Source: Reyranellaceae bacterium (GTDB lineage: Bacteria; Pseudomonadota; Alphaproteobacteria; Reyranellales; Reyranellaceae). From it: DNA of 64,000 nt. Position numbers and translations under genes: made by a program. The stretch covers positions 5,753 through 69,752 of the forward strand of contig JAXMCP010000035.1 of the NCBI GenBank assembly GCA_046349295.1, read 5' to 3'. This document shows, piece after piece, positions 32,431 through 42,045 of this stretch; positions within the stretch are counted from its first letter, which is position 1, and every line of letters begins with the position of its first letter. Under the pieces are notes generated by a model. It saw nothing but the letters and a program-made list of their open reading frames with translations, was not told the DNA's origin and made no database searches.

Positions 32431-33792
32431 ATGAGTCTCCATCGCATGCTGCTGGCGCGCGCGGCCGAAGCGAAGCCGCTGCGCATCGGCCTGATCGGCG
32501 CCGGCAAGTTCGGCGCCATGTACCTCAGCCAGATCCCGACGACACCCGGCATCCATCTGCTGGGCATCGCCGATCTCTCGCCGCCACGGGCACGCGAGAA
32601 CCTGGCGCGGCTGGGCTGGAAGCCCGAGGTCACGGCGGCCGGCTCGTTCGCCGAGGCGCGGCGCAACGGCAACACCTACCTGACGGACGATTGGCGCGCC
32701 CTTGTGAGCCATCCCGAGATCGACATCGTGGTCGAGGCGACCGGCGATCCGATCGCCGCTGTCGAGCACGCGCTCGAAGCCTTCCGCAACGGCAAGAGCG
32801 TGGTGATGGTCACGGTCGAGGCCGACGCGTTCTGCGGTCCTCTGCTCGCCAAGCGCGCCGCCGAAGCGGGCGTGATCTACAGCCTGGCCTACGGCGATCA
32901 GCCGGCGCTGATCTGCGAGCTGGTCGACTGGGCGCGCACCGCCGGTTTCGAGGTCACCGCGGCAGGCCGCGGCCACAAATGGCTGCCGCACTACGCGCAG
33001 TCGACGCCCGAGACGGTGTGGAAGTATTGGGGCCTCAACGAGGAGCAGGCCAAGCGCGGCGGGCTGAACCCCAAGATGTTCAACTCCTTCCTCGACGGTT
33101 CCAAGCCCGCCATCGAGAGCACGGCGGTGGCCAACGCCACCGGGCTTACGCCGGCACCCGACGGGCTCGCCTTCCCGCCCTGCGCGGTCGAGGATTTGCC
33201 ATTCGTCATGCGCCCGGCCTCCGAGGGTGGTCAGCTCCATCACAAGGGCCAGGTCGAATGCGCGAGCTCGCTCGAGCGCGACGGCCGCGCCATCCCCTAC
33301 GAGATCCGCAAGGGCGTGTGGGTCGTCTTCGAAGCCGCGACCGAGTACCAGAAGAACTGCTTCGAGGAGTACATGCTTTGCACCGACCCGAGCGGGCGCT
33401 ACTCGGTGATGTACAAGCGCTGGCACCTGATCGGGCTAGAGGTCGGCATGTCGGTCGCCTCGGTCGGCCTGCGCAAGGAGCCGACGGGGTGTCCCATCGG
33501 CTTCCACGCCGACGTCATCGCCACCGCCAAGCGCGATCTAAAGGCCGGCGAGATGCTCGACGGCGAGGGCGGCTACACGGTCTACGGCAAGCTGTTCCCG
33601 GCCGGCAAATCGACCGGGTTGGGCAGCCTGCCGCTCGGCCTCGCCCACAACGTCAAGCTCCTGAAGCCGATCAAGGCCGGCCAGTCGCTGACCTACGCCG
33701 ACGTGGCGATGGACGAGACGCTGACGGCGGTGAAGCTGCGACGGGAGATGGAGCGCGCCTTCGCGCCGGCAGAGAGAATCGCGGCGCAGTAG
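32431..33792 (+). CDS. NAD(P)-dependent oxidoreductase with C-terminal SAF domain (homoserine dehydrogenase-like)
   Basis: GLIGAGKFG, VEATG, GDQPA, NPKMFNSFLDGSK, AKRDLKAGEMLDGEGG. Confidence 0.9.
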   Translation: MSLHRMLLARAAEAKPLRIGLIGAGKFGAMYLSQIPTTPGIHLLGIADLSPPRARENLARLGWKPEVTAAGSFAEARRNGNTYLTDDWRALVSHPEIDIVVEATGDPIAAVEHALEAFRNGKSVVMVTVEADAFCGPLLAKRAAEAGVIYSLAYGDQPALICELVDWARTAGFEVTAAGRGHKWLPHYAQSTPETVWKYWGLNEEQAKRGGLNPKMFNSFLDGSKPAIESTAVANATGLTPAPDGLAFPPCAVEDLPFVMRPASEGGQLHHKGQVECASSLERDGRAIPYEIRKGVWVVFEAATEYQKNCFEEYMLCTDPSGRYSVMYKRWHLIGLEVGMSVASVGLRKEPTGCPIGFHADVIATAKRDLKAGEMLDGEGGYTVYGKLFPAGKSTGLGSLPLGLAHNVKLLKPIKAGQSLTYADVAMDETLTAVKLRREMERAFAPAERIAAQ

Positions 33793-33851
33793 GTGACCGG
33801 CTCCCCGATACGGTCAAATCCCGCCCGGGGGAGCCGCGACGGTGGCTCTAG

Positions 33852-34751
33852 CTAAACCAACGCGATCGGCCGAACCGGGCAACCGGTCGCGCCCTTGAAT
33901 TTGGCTGCCAGCAGGATGAAGCAGAAGCTCGAGATCCGGTTGCGGGCCAGTTCATCGAGCGCGAGGTTCTCGATCAGGTGAACCCCTGCTTCGACCAGCA
34001 CGTGCTGATGCACCGGCATCGCGATGCCGCGGTCCGGGTTGGGCAGCACCTCGACCGCCATGTTGTCGCAGCCGATCGCGACGACGTCGTGCTTCGTCAA
34101 CCAGCGGGCGGCGGGCACGTCGATCCCGGGCTCGCCCTGCAGATAGCGCGCGTTGTCCACGCCGAAGAAGCGGCCCCAGCCGGTGCGGATCAGCACGATG
34201 TCGCCGGCTCCGATCGCCACGCCCGCCGCATCCGCCGCGCGCGCCAGGTCGTCCGGCGCAACCACGCGGCCCGGATTGAGGAAATCCCCGCCATCCAATC
34301 CGGAAACGTCGAGCAGCACGCCGCGGCTGATCATCGGCGGCATGTGCTCGATGCCGAGACGGTCGAGCCCCCAATCGGTCACCACGTCGTTGGCGTTCAG
34401 CCCGTTGTACAGCTTGCCGCCGATGCTGAAATGGCCGAGCGCGTCGATATGCGTACCGACATGCATCGTCATCTCGACCCGCTCGACGTTCGACCCGGCA
34501 TCGTTGGTGGCACCGGCGGCCCGGCGGCGCCTGATCGAATCGCGCCAGGATGCCCAGATCGACTGAAGAAACGGCGTCTGGTTCGGCATCAGGAACGGCG
34601 CCTTGGGGCTGATCTCGTGACTGAGATCGTAGAGGGCGCCGGTCTGGATCGAGCGCAGCGCCGCCAGGCGGCGTTCGGGCGTCAGCAAGTTCCCCGCGCC
34701 CAATTGGTCGTCTCGCCCCCAGCGGGAATGGTCGTGCAGGACTTCGTTCAT
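33852..34751 (-). CDS. Cyclase family (kynurenine formamidase-like) metallohydrolase
   Basis: WGRDDQLGAGN, HVGTHIDALGH, GDIVLIRTGW, HLIENL, GATGCPVRPIA. Confidence 0.9.
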   Translation of the reverse strand: MNEVLHDHSRWGRDDQLGAGNLLTPERRLAALRSIQTGALYDLSHEISPKAPFLMPNQTPFLQSIWASWRDSIRRRRAAGATNDAGSNVERVEMTMHVGTHIDALGHFSIGGKLYNGLNANDVVTDWGLDRLGIEHMPPMISRGVLLDVSGLDGGDFLNPGRVVAPDDLARAADAAGVAIGAGDIVLIRTGWGRFFGVDNARYLQGEPGIDVPAARWLTKHDVVAIGCDNMAVEVLPNPDRGIAMPVHQHVLVEAGVHLIENLALDELARNRISSFCFILLAAKFKGATGCPVRPIALV

Positions 34752-34849
34752 GTCATCGCTCCGTTGATCGACCGCCGCGTCGCAATCGAGCAGGATGTTC
34801 CACGAAACAGCGTGAGCAGCCAAGCGGCGCGACTGACGGGAGATGAGGC

Positions 34850-36469
34850 ATGACGGGTGACGTGAAGCGACTGGGCGCAGCCGAGTTGAAGCGGCAACTG
34901 CATGACGGCGGCGAGATCGCGCTGCTCGACGCCCGCGAAGAAGGGGTTTTCCACGCGCGTCATCTGCTGCTGGCCTCCTGCGTGCCGCTCGGCCGCCTCG
35001 AGTTGCTGGTCGACGACCTGGTGCCGCGGCGCGACACCCGCGTCGTGTGGTGCGATGACGGTGACGGCGCGGCGCTCCGCGCCGCCCAGCGCATGAGCGC
35101 ACTCGGTTACACCGACGTCGCGGTGCTGGAGGGCGGCATCGCCGCCTGGGAGGCGGCCGGTTACCGCCTCTACAGCGGCGTGCACGTGCCGAGCAAGGCG
35201 TTCGCCGAAGTCGTCGAGCACGAGGCCGGCACGCCGTGGATTTCCGCGTCAGACCTCAAGGTGCTGATCGACCGCGGCGCCGACATCGCGATCTTCGACA
35301 GCCGGTCGTACGAGGAGTACCACAACAACAGCATCCCGACCGCGACCAGCGTGCCGGGGGCGGAGCTGGTCTACCGCTTCACCGACCTGGTGCCGTCGCC
35401 CGACACGACGGTGATCGTCAATTGCGGCGGCCGCACCCGCAGCATCATCGGCGCCCAGGCGCTACGCAACGCGGGCTTCCGCAACACGATCATGTCGCTG
35501 AAGGACGGCACGATGGCCTGGCACCTCGCCGGGTTCGAGGTCGTGAAGGGCGCGACGCGGCGGCCGGCGGCGGTGTCGGAGGCCGGACGCCGGACGGCTC
35601 TGGAGGCGGCGTCGCGGGTCGCCGCGCGCGGCGACATAAGGCGGATCGACAAGGCGACGCTCGCCGCTTGGCGGAGCGAAGCCGGCCGGCGCACCCTCTA
35701 TGTGCTCGACGTCCGCACACCCGAGGAATACCGAGCCGGCCATCTGGCCGAGGCGCGCTCGGCGCCGGGCGGGCAACTCGTGCAGGAGACCGACGCCCAC
35801 ATCGCCACCTGGAACGCGCGCATCGTGCTGGTCGACGACAACGGCGTGCGCGCGACGATGACCGCCTCGTGGCTGAAGCAGATGGGCTGGAACGGCGTCG
35901 CGGTGCTGGCCGACGACGGCGCCGGCGGCGACTGGACGAGAGGCGCGCATGTGCCTCGGGTGCTCGGGCTCGATCCCGCGGCGCCTGTCGCGGGCATCGC
36001 GCCGGCCGCCTTGCGCGAAGCGCTGGCTGCCGGGCGCATGGCCGTCGTCGATCTCGATACCAGCCGGAATTATGCCCGGGGCCACATTCCGGGCGCCTGG
36101 TTCGCGATTCGCAGCCGCCTCGCGAGGGACCTGGCAAAGCTGCCGAAGGTCGAGGCGATCGTGTTGACCTCGCCGGATGGCGCCTTGGCTCGGCTGGCGG
36201 CTGCCGACATGGCCACGGGCGCAGGCGCCGCGGGGGGCCTGCCGATGCTGGTGCTCGAGGGCGGCACCGAGGCATGGGCGAAGGCCGGCCTGCCGATCGA
36301 AGAGGGGGCGAGCCACATGGCCAGCGAGCCGGTCGATGTCGTGCTCTCGGCGCGCGAGCGTGGCGTTGGCCGCGAGGAAGCGATGCGCGAGTACCTCGCC
36401 TGGGAGATCGACCTCGTCAATCAGATGGCTCAGGACGATGACCAGCGCTTCCGGGTGGTCGCGGGATGA
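34850..36469 (+). CDS. Four-domain rhodanese-like sulfurtransferase
   Basis: LLDAREEG, VPSKAFAE, NCGGRTRSIIG, DVRTPEEY..GH, GHIPGAW, MREYLAWEIDL. Confidence 0.9.
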   Translation: MTGDVKRLGAAELKRQLHDGGEIALLDAREEGVFHARHLLLASCVPLGRLELLVDDLVPRRDTRVVWCDDGDGAALRAAQRMSALGYTDVAVLEGGIAAWEAAGYRLYSGVHVPSKAFAEVVEHEAGTPWISASDLKVLIDRGADIAIFDSRSYEEYHNNSIPTATSVPGAELVYRFTDLVPSPDTTVIVNCGGRTRSIIGAQALRNAGFRNTIMSLKDGTMAWHLAGFEVVKGATRRPAAVSEAGRRTALEAASRVAARGDIRRIDKATLAAWRSEAGRRTLYVLDVRTPEEYRAGHLAEARSAPGGQLVQETDAHIATWNARIVLVDDNGVRATMTASWLKQMGWNGVAVLADDGAGGDWTRGAHVPRVLGLDPAAPVAGIAPAALREALAAGRMAVVDLDTSRNYARGHIPGAWFAIRSRLARDLAKLPKVEAIVLTSPDGALARLAAADMATGAGAAGGLPMLVLEGGTEAWAKAGLPIEEGASHMASEPVDVVLSARERGVGREEAMREYLAWEIDLVNQMAQDDDQRFRVVAG

Positions 36470-36631
36470 CGGGTGCGGCGACAGGGCCGCGAACGCGTCG
36501 TCGGCGTGTGCGACTTTCTACGACTGCGGGATGATGGGTTGTCGTGTCTCGCATGTTGAGCCGATCACTCCCCGCAACCAGATCGGACGAAACGCCCGGC
36601 AACTGCAGCGTAGTCGGGAGGCCCCACCGAT

Positions 36632-37876
36632 CTACCGATCGGCGAGGTCCGACAGTAGCTGCGCGGCCACGGCCTCCTCGGCAATGGTGATGCCGTGCTC
36701 GCACATGGCGGCTGCCAACGCGTCGTCCCACGATGCCTCGACGGTCACTCCCTCGAGGCGCTGAGCCAAGCTCGAGGCGGTCCGAACGGCAGCGACGTAG
36801 TCGGCAGCATCGAAGCGCCATGGCTTGGCATTGTGCTCGCGCAGGACATGATTGGCGATGCGCAGGCCGGGCCAATCGAAGTCGCCATGGTAGCAAAGCC
36901 GCGCTTCAGCCAGCGTGAGCTGGGACAGCAGAGTACGCTGGGCGGCGGCCGGCATCCCGTCGGTGCAGACCAGGGGGGCGCAGTCGCGTCCCCAACGATC
37001 CGCAGCGATGGCGACCAAATTGGGATTCTCACACACGAAGATCCGGCATCCCGCGACATCCCAGGATGGCGGCGAACGCAGCAACGATCGCAGCGACAGG
37101 TAGGAAGGCTCGCCTGTTCGGCCGCCGTCGCCCGCTGACTTGACGGGCAGGTTGAGGAACAGGGCAGGCCGCGCGAGCTGGTTGACGAGGACACCGGCTG
37201 TGGCCCAGGTGTCGCGGGCGCGCTCGGCACTGCCGAGCAACGAATCTTCTGCGCTTTCCCGAGACGGCAGGCTTCGCCGACGCCAAGCAGCCAGCACCAG
37301 GGTCGCGACAGGCTGCCTGTTGTCGAGGGCGTGAGCATCGCCCAGGACGGTCGCGGCAAGCTGCGAGCGCGCTATTCCTTGCGCAGGGAGGCAGTGCAAC
37401 ACCGCCTGGGCGGCTCGACACAGCTCGCTCGCCGCGGCAGCATCCTGCCGCGCCAGACGCTTGAGCAGGCCTGCGCCTTCCGGCACGGCCAACAGGCCTA
37501 CAAGGTCGGGATGCGTGCAATCGTCGAGAACGGTCGACCAGAGCGACGCCTGCCGAAGGCGCGCTGCGGCGAGATGCGTAATCGGACCGTCGAGCCGTTC
37601 GAGCGCGTCACGCAGCGAGAGAGCGACATTGGATCGCCGCAGATTGCCGTCGACCAGCTCGAGATCGAATTGCAACGAACTGGTATAGCGCTGCGGGCGC
37701 CCCAGCAGCGCGGCCAGTGCCGCGTGCTCGTCGGCGGCGAGTCCGTCCACCCGGATTTGCTCGATGACGCGGTCGAGCGGCGCGCGCTCGAAGCGCCGCC
37801 GCAGGCGCTTGCGCAGCGGGGCGAGCCGCTCGCCGCCGAGCAGTCGTTGCAGCCGATCGTCGAGCGGCGCGCTCAT
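36632..37876 (-). CDS. jetD: Wadjet type II JetD (TIGR02679, Toprim nuclease)
   Basis: GDAHALD, FVCENP, LVCTDGMP, YHGDFDWPGLRIAN, EE near the C-terminus; ATGA coupled to jetC. Confidence 0.88.
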   Translation of the reverse strand: MSAPLDDRLQRLLGGERLAPLRKRLRRRFERAPLDRVIEQIRVDGLAADEHAALAALLGRPQRYTSSLQFDLELVDGNLRRSNVALSLRDALERLDGPITHLAAARLRQASLWSTVLDDCTHPDLVGLLAVPEGAGLLKRLARQDAAAASELCRAAQAVLHCLPAQGIARSQLAATVLGDAHALDNRQPVATLVLAAWRRRSLPSRESAEDSLLGSAERARDTWATAGVLVNQLARPALFLNLPVKSAGDGGRTGEPSYLSLRSLLRSPPSWDVAGCRIFVCENPNLVAIAADRWGRDCAPLVCTDGMPAAAQRTLLSQLTLAEARLCYHGDFDWPGLRIANHVLREHNAKPWRFDAADYVAAVRTASSLAQRLEGVTVEASWDDALAAAMCEHGITIAEEAVAAQLLSDLADR

Positions 37877-40800
37877 GCCGGCGAGAAGCGGCGGTCTGGA
37901 TCGGCTTCGCGCACCCTCGCCCGCCCGTTCCAGCTCCAGCGCGACACGAACACGGCATCGACACCTTCGCGCCGCTGGAGCTGGCAGATGGCGACACCGG
38001 GCAACTCGGCGTAGCACGCCCATTCGCGTTCGCTGGTGATGACGAAGTCGAGATCGAACTCGCGGATCAGGCCCATGCAGTGGGCACGGGCGGCATCGTC
38101 GATGCCGGCGAAAGCTTCGTCGAGCAGGATCAGCCGAGGCGCCAGCGGGTAGGCCCCCTGGCTGTAGAAGCTCGCGACGGCGGCGAAGAGCGGCACGGTG
38201 AGACCGAGCGCACGTTCGCCGCTCGAGGCGGGGCCGGACAGCTTGCGCCACTGTCCTTCCTGCCAGCGCTCGACGCGGAAACGGTGCCAGCGGCGATAAT
38301 CGAGGGCGCGGGCCAATTGATCGACCAGGCTGCCGCCTTCCCGGCCGGCGCCCGTGTCGGCATTCTCGCGCTCGGTCGCGATGCGTCGCTGCAGCATGGT
38401 GCCGACCACGTTGCGATCCTCCGCCGACCAGAGATCGGCGCTGGTGTTGAGCAATCTCTTCCGCGCCACCTCGAGCCCCAGAGGGGCGCCTTCGTCCTCG
38501 GTCAACGGCTGCCACAGCAGTCGATAGCGGACGCCGGTCGAGGTCGGCCGCTTGTACAGCTCCCTGTTGATCGCGTCGCGCTGCTTCTCGGCACTCATCA
38601 GCAGCCGCTGGATCTCGGCCGCGATCTCGGCTTGCAAATGGTTCTCCAGCACGGCCCGCTCCTTGGCCGTCAACAGCTCGGAGCGCTGGGCGATCTCCTC
38701 GGCGAGGCGGGCAGCGAGGCGGTCCGGCCGTTCGGCGTGATTCTGGTATGTGATGTGGACGACGAGACCCCAGTCGGTTGTCTCGGCCGACGCCTGATGG
38801 CCGAGGGCACTCAATGCGCGTTGCAGCTCTGTCAATTCCTCGGTGATCTGCCGTTGCACGCGGCTCCAGGCATCGTCGTCGTCCTTGACCTCCGACAAGG
38901 CCTGCTCGATGCGGCGCGCCAGCGTGAGCGCCGGATCGATCGTCCAGGTTGCCGACATGTCGGGCAGCTCGACATGCGGCAGAGCCGACGACAGCAGACC
39001 GGTATGCGCAAAGGATTGCAACCGCATGACCATCTGGGAGCGCGCGGCGGTGCGATCCAGCAGGGTCGTTTCCGCCGAGACGGCTCGTTCAGCGGCGATC
39101 GCGCGCGCTTCGCCGGATCTGCGGAGGGCTTCATCGGCCCGTTTGACCGCGCCTTCCCCGGCCGCGACGGCGAGGCGGGTGTCGGCCAGCTTTCGTTGCA
39201 GCTCTTCGACCTTGGCCCCGACGGCTTCGCGCAGCACCTCGAGCCGAGCGGCAGCCTGCACGGCCTCGTTTCGCGCCGTTGCGCGACGCTCCTCGCTTTT
39301 CGTCTTGTCGTTGCGCGCCTCCGCTTCCTGCACGCGCTGCCGTTGCAGATCCGGGAGCGCCACGCGCAATTCATGGGATGCCTGCACCAGCTGCGGCAGC
39401 GCGTCGCGATAGCGGTCGAGCGCTGCCTCGACCGCGGTGAGCGCTTCCGGCGATGCCGGCAGCCGGAAGTCGGCCGCATCGGCAGCCAGGCGCTCTCGCA
39501 CCACCTTCAGAGCTTCGAGGGCTTCGCTGCAGCGGAGATCTGCTTCGGTCAGCTTTTCGCGGGCGCGCTGCACCTCGCGACCGCAGGCGACGGCCGTTGC
39601 GTGAGCTGCTCGCAACGCATCGTCGGCCGGAGCCCGACGCGATTCCTCATCTGCGGCACGGCGGTCGTCTGCCAGTCGATCGGCGTCGGCCTTCAGCTCG
39701 GCCATTTGGTCCGCCACGTGGCCGAGCCTTTCGGCGATTTCCGCGAGTCGCTGTCGGCGAGCCGATTCGCGAGCCGCATGGCCGATGTAAACGGCCGCCG
39801 GCTTTGCCCAGGCGCCCACCAGGGCACCGAGACGAAAGCGCCCGTCAGGCGACAGCCAGGCCTCGCTCTCGCCGACATCGTGGTCGGCGCAGGAGATTGC
39901 CGACAATATCCGCTCGATCGTGCCGCCGGGGACCGGGCTGCCCTCGGGTACCGCCGGCCGCAGCCACTCGGCGAGCGATGAAGGCAGCACGCGACGCGCC
40001 ATGAGCTGGGTGTCGTGCGGCAATCGACCGTCCTCGCCAATTTGAAGGCGACCGTCGGGCGAGACCCAGGCGTCCAGCAAGCCCGCAGCTTCCAAGCCCG
40101 CTTCGAGCAGCGCACGCTGCACCGCCGGGACCGCGTCGTGAAAATCGACCAATTGCCAGAACGGTGCCCCGAGGCGGTCAGCCCGGACATCGGCGCCGCG
40201 GGTATAGGGTGCCGGCGGGCCACGCGAGATGCCCGCTTCGAGACGGTCTTGCTCCTCTGCGAGGTCGCGCTGCTCCTGCTCGAGCGTCCGACGCAGCCCG
40301 TCGAGCACGGCGGCGCGCTCCGCGAAGCTTCGGCTGGCCCGCTGTTGCGCTGCTTGCAGGAGCAGTCGGCCCGGATTCTGTCCCTGCAGCGCCACCACCC
40401 ATTCAGTCATGGCGGCGAGGGTCGCGCTGCCCTCATCGGGATCGAACGTCAGCCGATCGAGCTTCGCGAGATAGCGGTCCCAGTCTGCCACGAGTGCGTT
40501 GCCCTGGCGCTCGACATCGGCATCCGCATCGTCGCGCCGTTGCGAGGCCGCCGCGGCCTCGTCACGCCGCTCGTCCTGAAGCTGGCGCCGCTGCGCGTGA
40601 AGGGCTTCTGCACGTTCGACCTCGACCTGACGCCGGCGCAGCAGGGAAACATGCTCGCTCCGGTCGCGAACCAGAGCCGACAGCTCGGCCCGTGCCTTGT
40701 CGAAATCCGTCGGCGTCTGCTCGGCCAGCGCCGTCGCCTCGAAACGGGCAAGTCCGTTGTCCGCGTGGGCGGCAGAGATTCCGGCGGCATCGGCGTGGAT

Positions 40801-42045
40801 TGCGATCTCCTGGCGCGACGCCGTCACCCGATGCCCGGCCTCCCTGGCGCGTTGTTCGCTGCGCGCCGTATCGTCGGCCCTGGCCTGCAGTCGACGGCCC
40901 GCCTCCTCAGCGGCTCCCGAAGCGTCGCGGAGCGCATTCTGGCGTGCGATAGCGTCCGTGGTCGCGGCCTCGAGCCGATTGGCGTCCTGCATCGTCGGAT
41001 CGGCGAGCAGGGCGTCGCGCCGAGCGCGTGCTCGCTCGAGGGCAGTATCGGCATCAGCATGCCGCACCCGGGTCTGCTCTTCCTCGGCTTGCGCTTCCTG
41101 AAGCTTGCTCAGCGCTTCACCGCGCGCGCGGCTGGCATTGTCGAACTCGGTCTGGGCCTGACGCAGCGTCCGCGCCTGCCTGCGACTCTGGGTGCCGGCA
41201 TAGATTCGATAGCGCTGCTCGAACCTGCCGATGGCGCGCGCGAGGGCCTGGTATTCCTCGAGCTGGCGGCGATCCTCCTCGAGCTGCCCGAGCGCTTCGG
41301 CGACATCGCCGAGCAGCTCCGACGGCAGCGGCGGCAAGGCCTCGGTGAGCGCGTTCGACAAGCCGGTTTCGTCGGGCTTCTTCGATAGCTGTGGCTGGCG
41401 GAGCTGGATCAACGTGTCCATCAACGCGTCGTAACGCTTGGGGCCGAGGCGAAAGAGCCGCTCGTCCACCGCCCGGCGGTACTGTGCGGCGTTGTCGAAT
41501 ACCTGGCCGCGGCCTTCGAGGACGTCGCGCAGCCGCTCCCTGGTGAGCACGACCCGCTGCGGGCTGGTCAGCCAGAGATCGTGATTGAGGCGCGCGCCGG
41601 CCGCGTCTTCCAGGATGAAGTACCAGCTTTCGACCTGTGGCCGGCCTTCCTTTGCCGAGAGCCCGGCTCCAAGTGACAGGTAGCGCGGCGTGCCGTCCTC
41701 GGCTTGGCGGCCGAATTCGATCCAGGCATAGCCGATGCGCCTGGAGTAGCCGTTCATCAGCAGGTTCCAGGCCATCTTCTTGGCGGCATCGCCATCGGGC
41801 TCGACGCGCGACGGCTTGAGCTGGGCGTCGAGCAGGAACGGCAGCGTCAGCGACAGCACCTTGGACTTGCCGGTTCCGTTATTGCCGCGCAGCAGCAGAT
41901 GGCCGTCCCGGAACCAGAACTCCTCGCTGTCGTAATGGAAGAGTTCCACCACGCCGAGCCTGAGGGGCTGCCAGCGCAGTCGCGCCGGGACGGGCAATGC
42001 CGGCCGGGCGGGCGGCCGTTCCAGCACGAATGGGCTGTCGTTCAT
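37873..42045 (-). CDS. jetC: Wadjet type II JetC (TIGR02680, SMC-like ATPase)
   Basis: RWQPLRLG, Walker A LRGNNGTGKS, LRQPQLS, long coiled coils, LDYRRWHRF, SSGER signature, Walker B LDEAFAGID. Confidence 0.92.
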   Translation of the reverse strand: MNDSPFVLERPPARPALPVPARLRWQPLRLGVVELFHYDSEEFWFRDGHLLLRGNNGTGKSKVLSLTLPFLLDAQLKPSRVEPDGDAAKKMAWNLLMNGYSRRIGYAWIEFGRQAEDGTPRYLSLGAGLSAKEGRPQVESWYFILEDAAGARLNHDLWLTSPQRVVLTRERLRDVLEGRGQVFDNAAQYRRAVDERLFRLGPKRYDALMDTLIQLRQPQLSKKPDETGLSNALTEALPPLPSELLGDVAEALGQLEEDRRQLEEYQALARAIGRFEQRYRIYAGTQSRRQARTLRQAQTEFDNASRARGEALSKLQEAQAEEEQTRVRHADADTALERARARRDALLADPTMQDANRLEAATTDAIARQNALRDASGAAEEAGRRLQARADDTARSEQRAREAGHRVTASRQEIAIHADAAGISAAHADNGLARFEATALAEQTPTDFDKARAELSALVRDRSEHVSLLRRRQVEVERAEALHAQRRQLQDERRDEAAAASQRRDDADADVERQGNALVADWDRYLAKLDRLTFDPDEGSATLAAMTEWVVALQGQNPGRLLLQAAQQRASRSFAERAAVLDGLRRTLEQEQRDLAEEQDRLEAGISRGPPAPYTRGADVRADRLGAPFWQLVDFHDAVPAVQRALLEAGLEAAGLLDAWVSPDGRLQIGEDGRLPHDTQLMARRVLPSSLAEWLRPAVPEGSPVPGGTIERILSAISCADHDVGESEAWLSPDGRFRLGALVGAWAKPAAVYIGHAARESARRQRLAEIAERLGHVADQMAELKADADRLADDRRAADEESRRAPADDALRAAHATAVACGREVQRAREKLTEADLRCSEALEALKVVRERLAADAADFRLPASPEALTAVEAALDRYRDALPQLVQASHELRVALPDLQRQRVQEAEARNDKTKSEERRATARNEAVQAAARLEVLREAVGAKVEELQRKLADTRLAVAAGEGAVKRADEALRRSGEARAIAAERAVSAETTLLDRTAARSQMVMRLQSFAHTGLLSSALPHVELPDMSATWTIDPALTLARRIEQALSEVKDDDDAWSRVQRQITEELTELQRALSALGHQASAETTDWGLVVHITYQNHAERPDRLAARLAEEIAQRSELLTAKERAVLENHLQAEIAAEIQRLLMSAEKQRDAINRELYKRPTSTGVRYRLLWQPLTEDEGAPLGLEVARKRLLNTSADLWSAEDRNVVGTMLQRRIATERENADTGAGREGGSLVDQLARALDYRRWHRFRVERWQEGQWRKLSGPASSGERALGLTVPLFAAVASFYSQGAYPLAPRLILLDEAFAGIDDAARAHCMGLIREFDLDFVITSEREWACYAELPGVAICQLQRREGVDAVFVSRWSWNGRARVREADPDRRFSPA

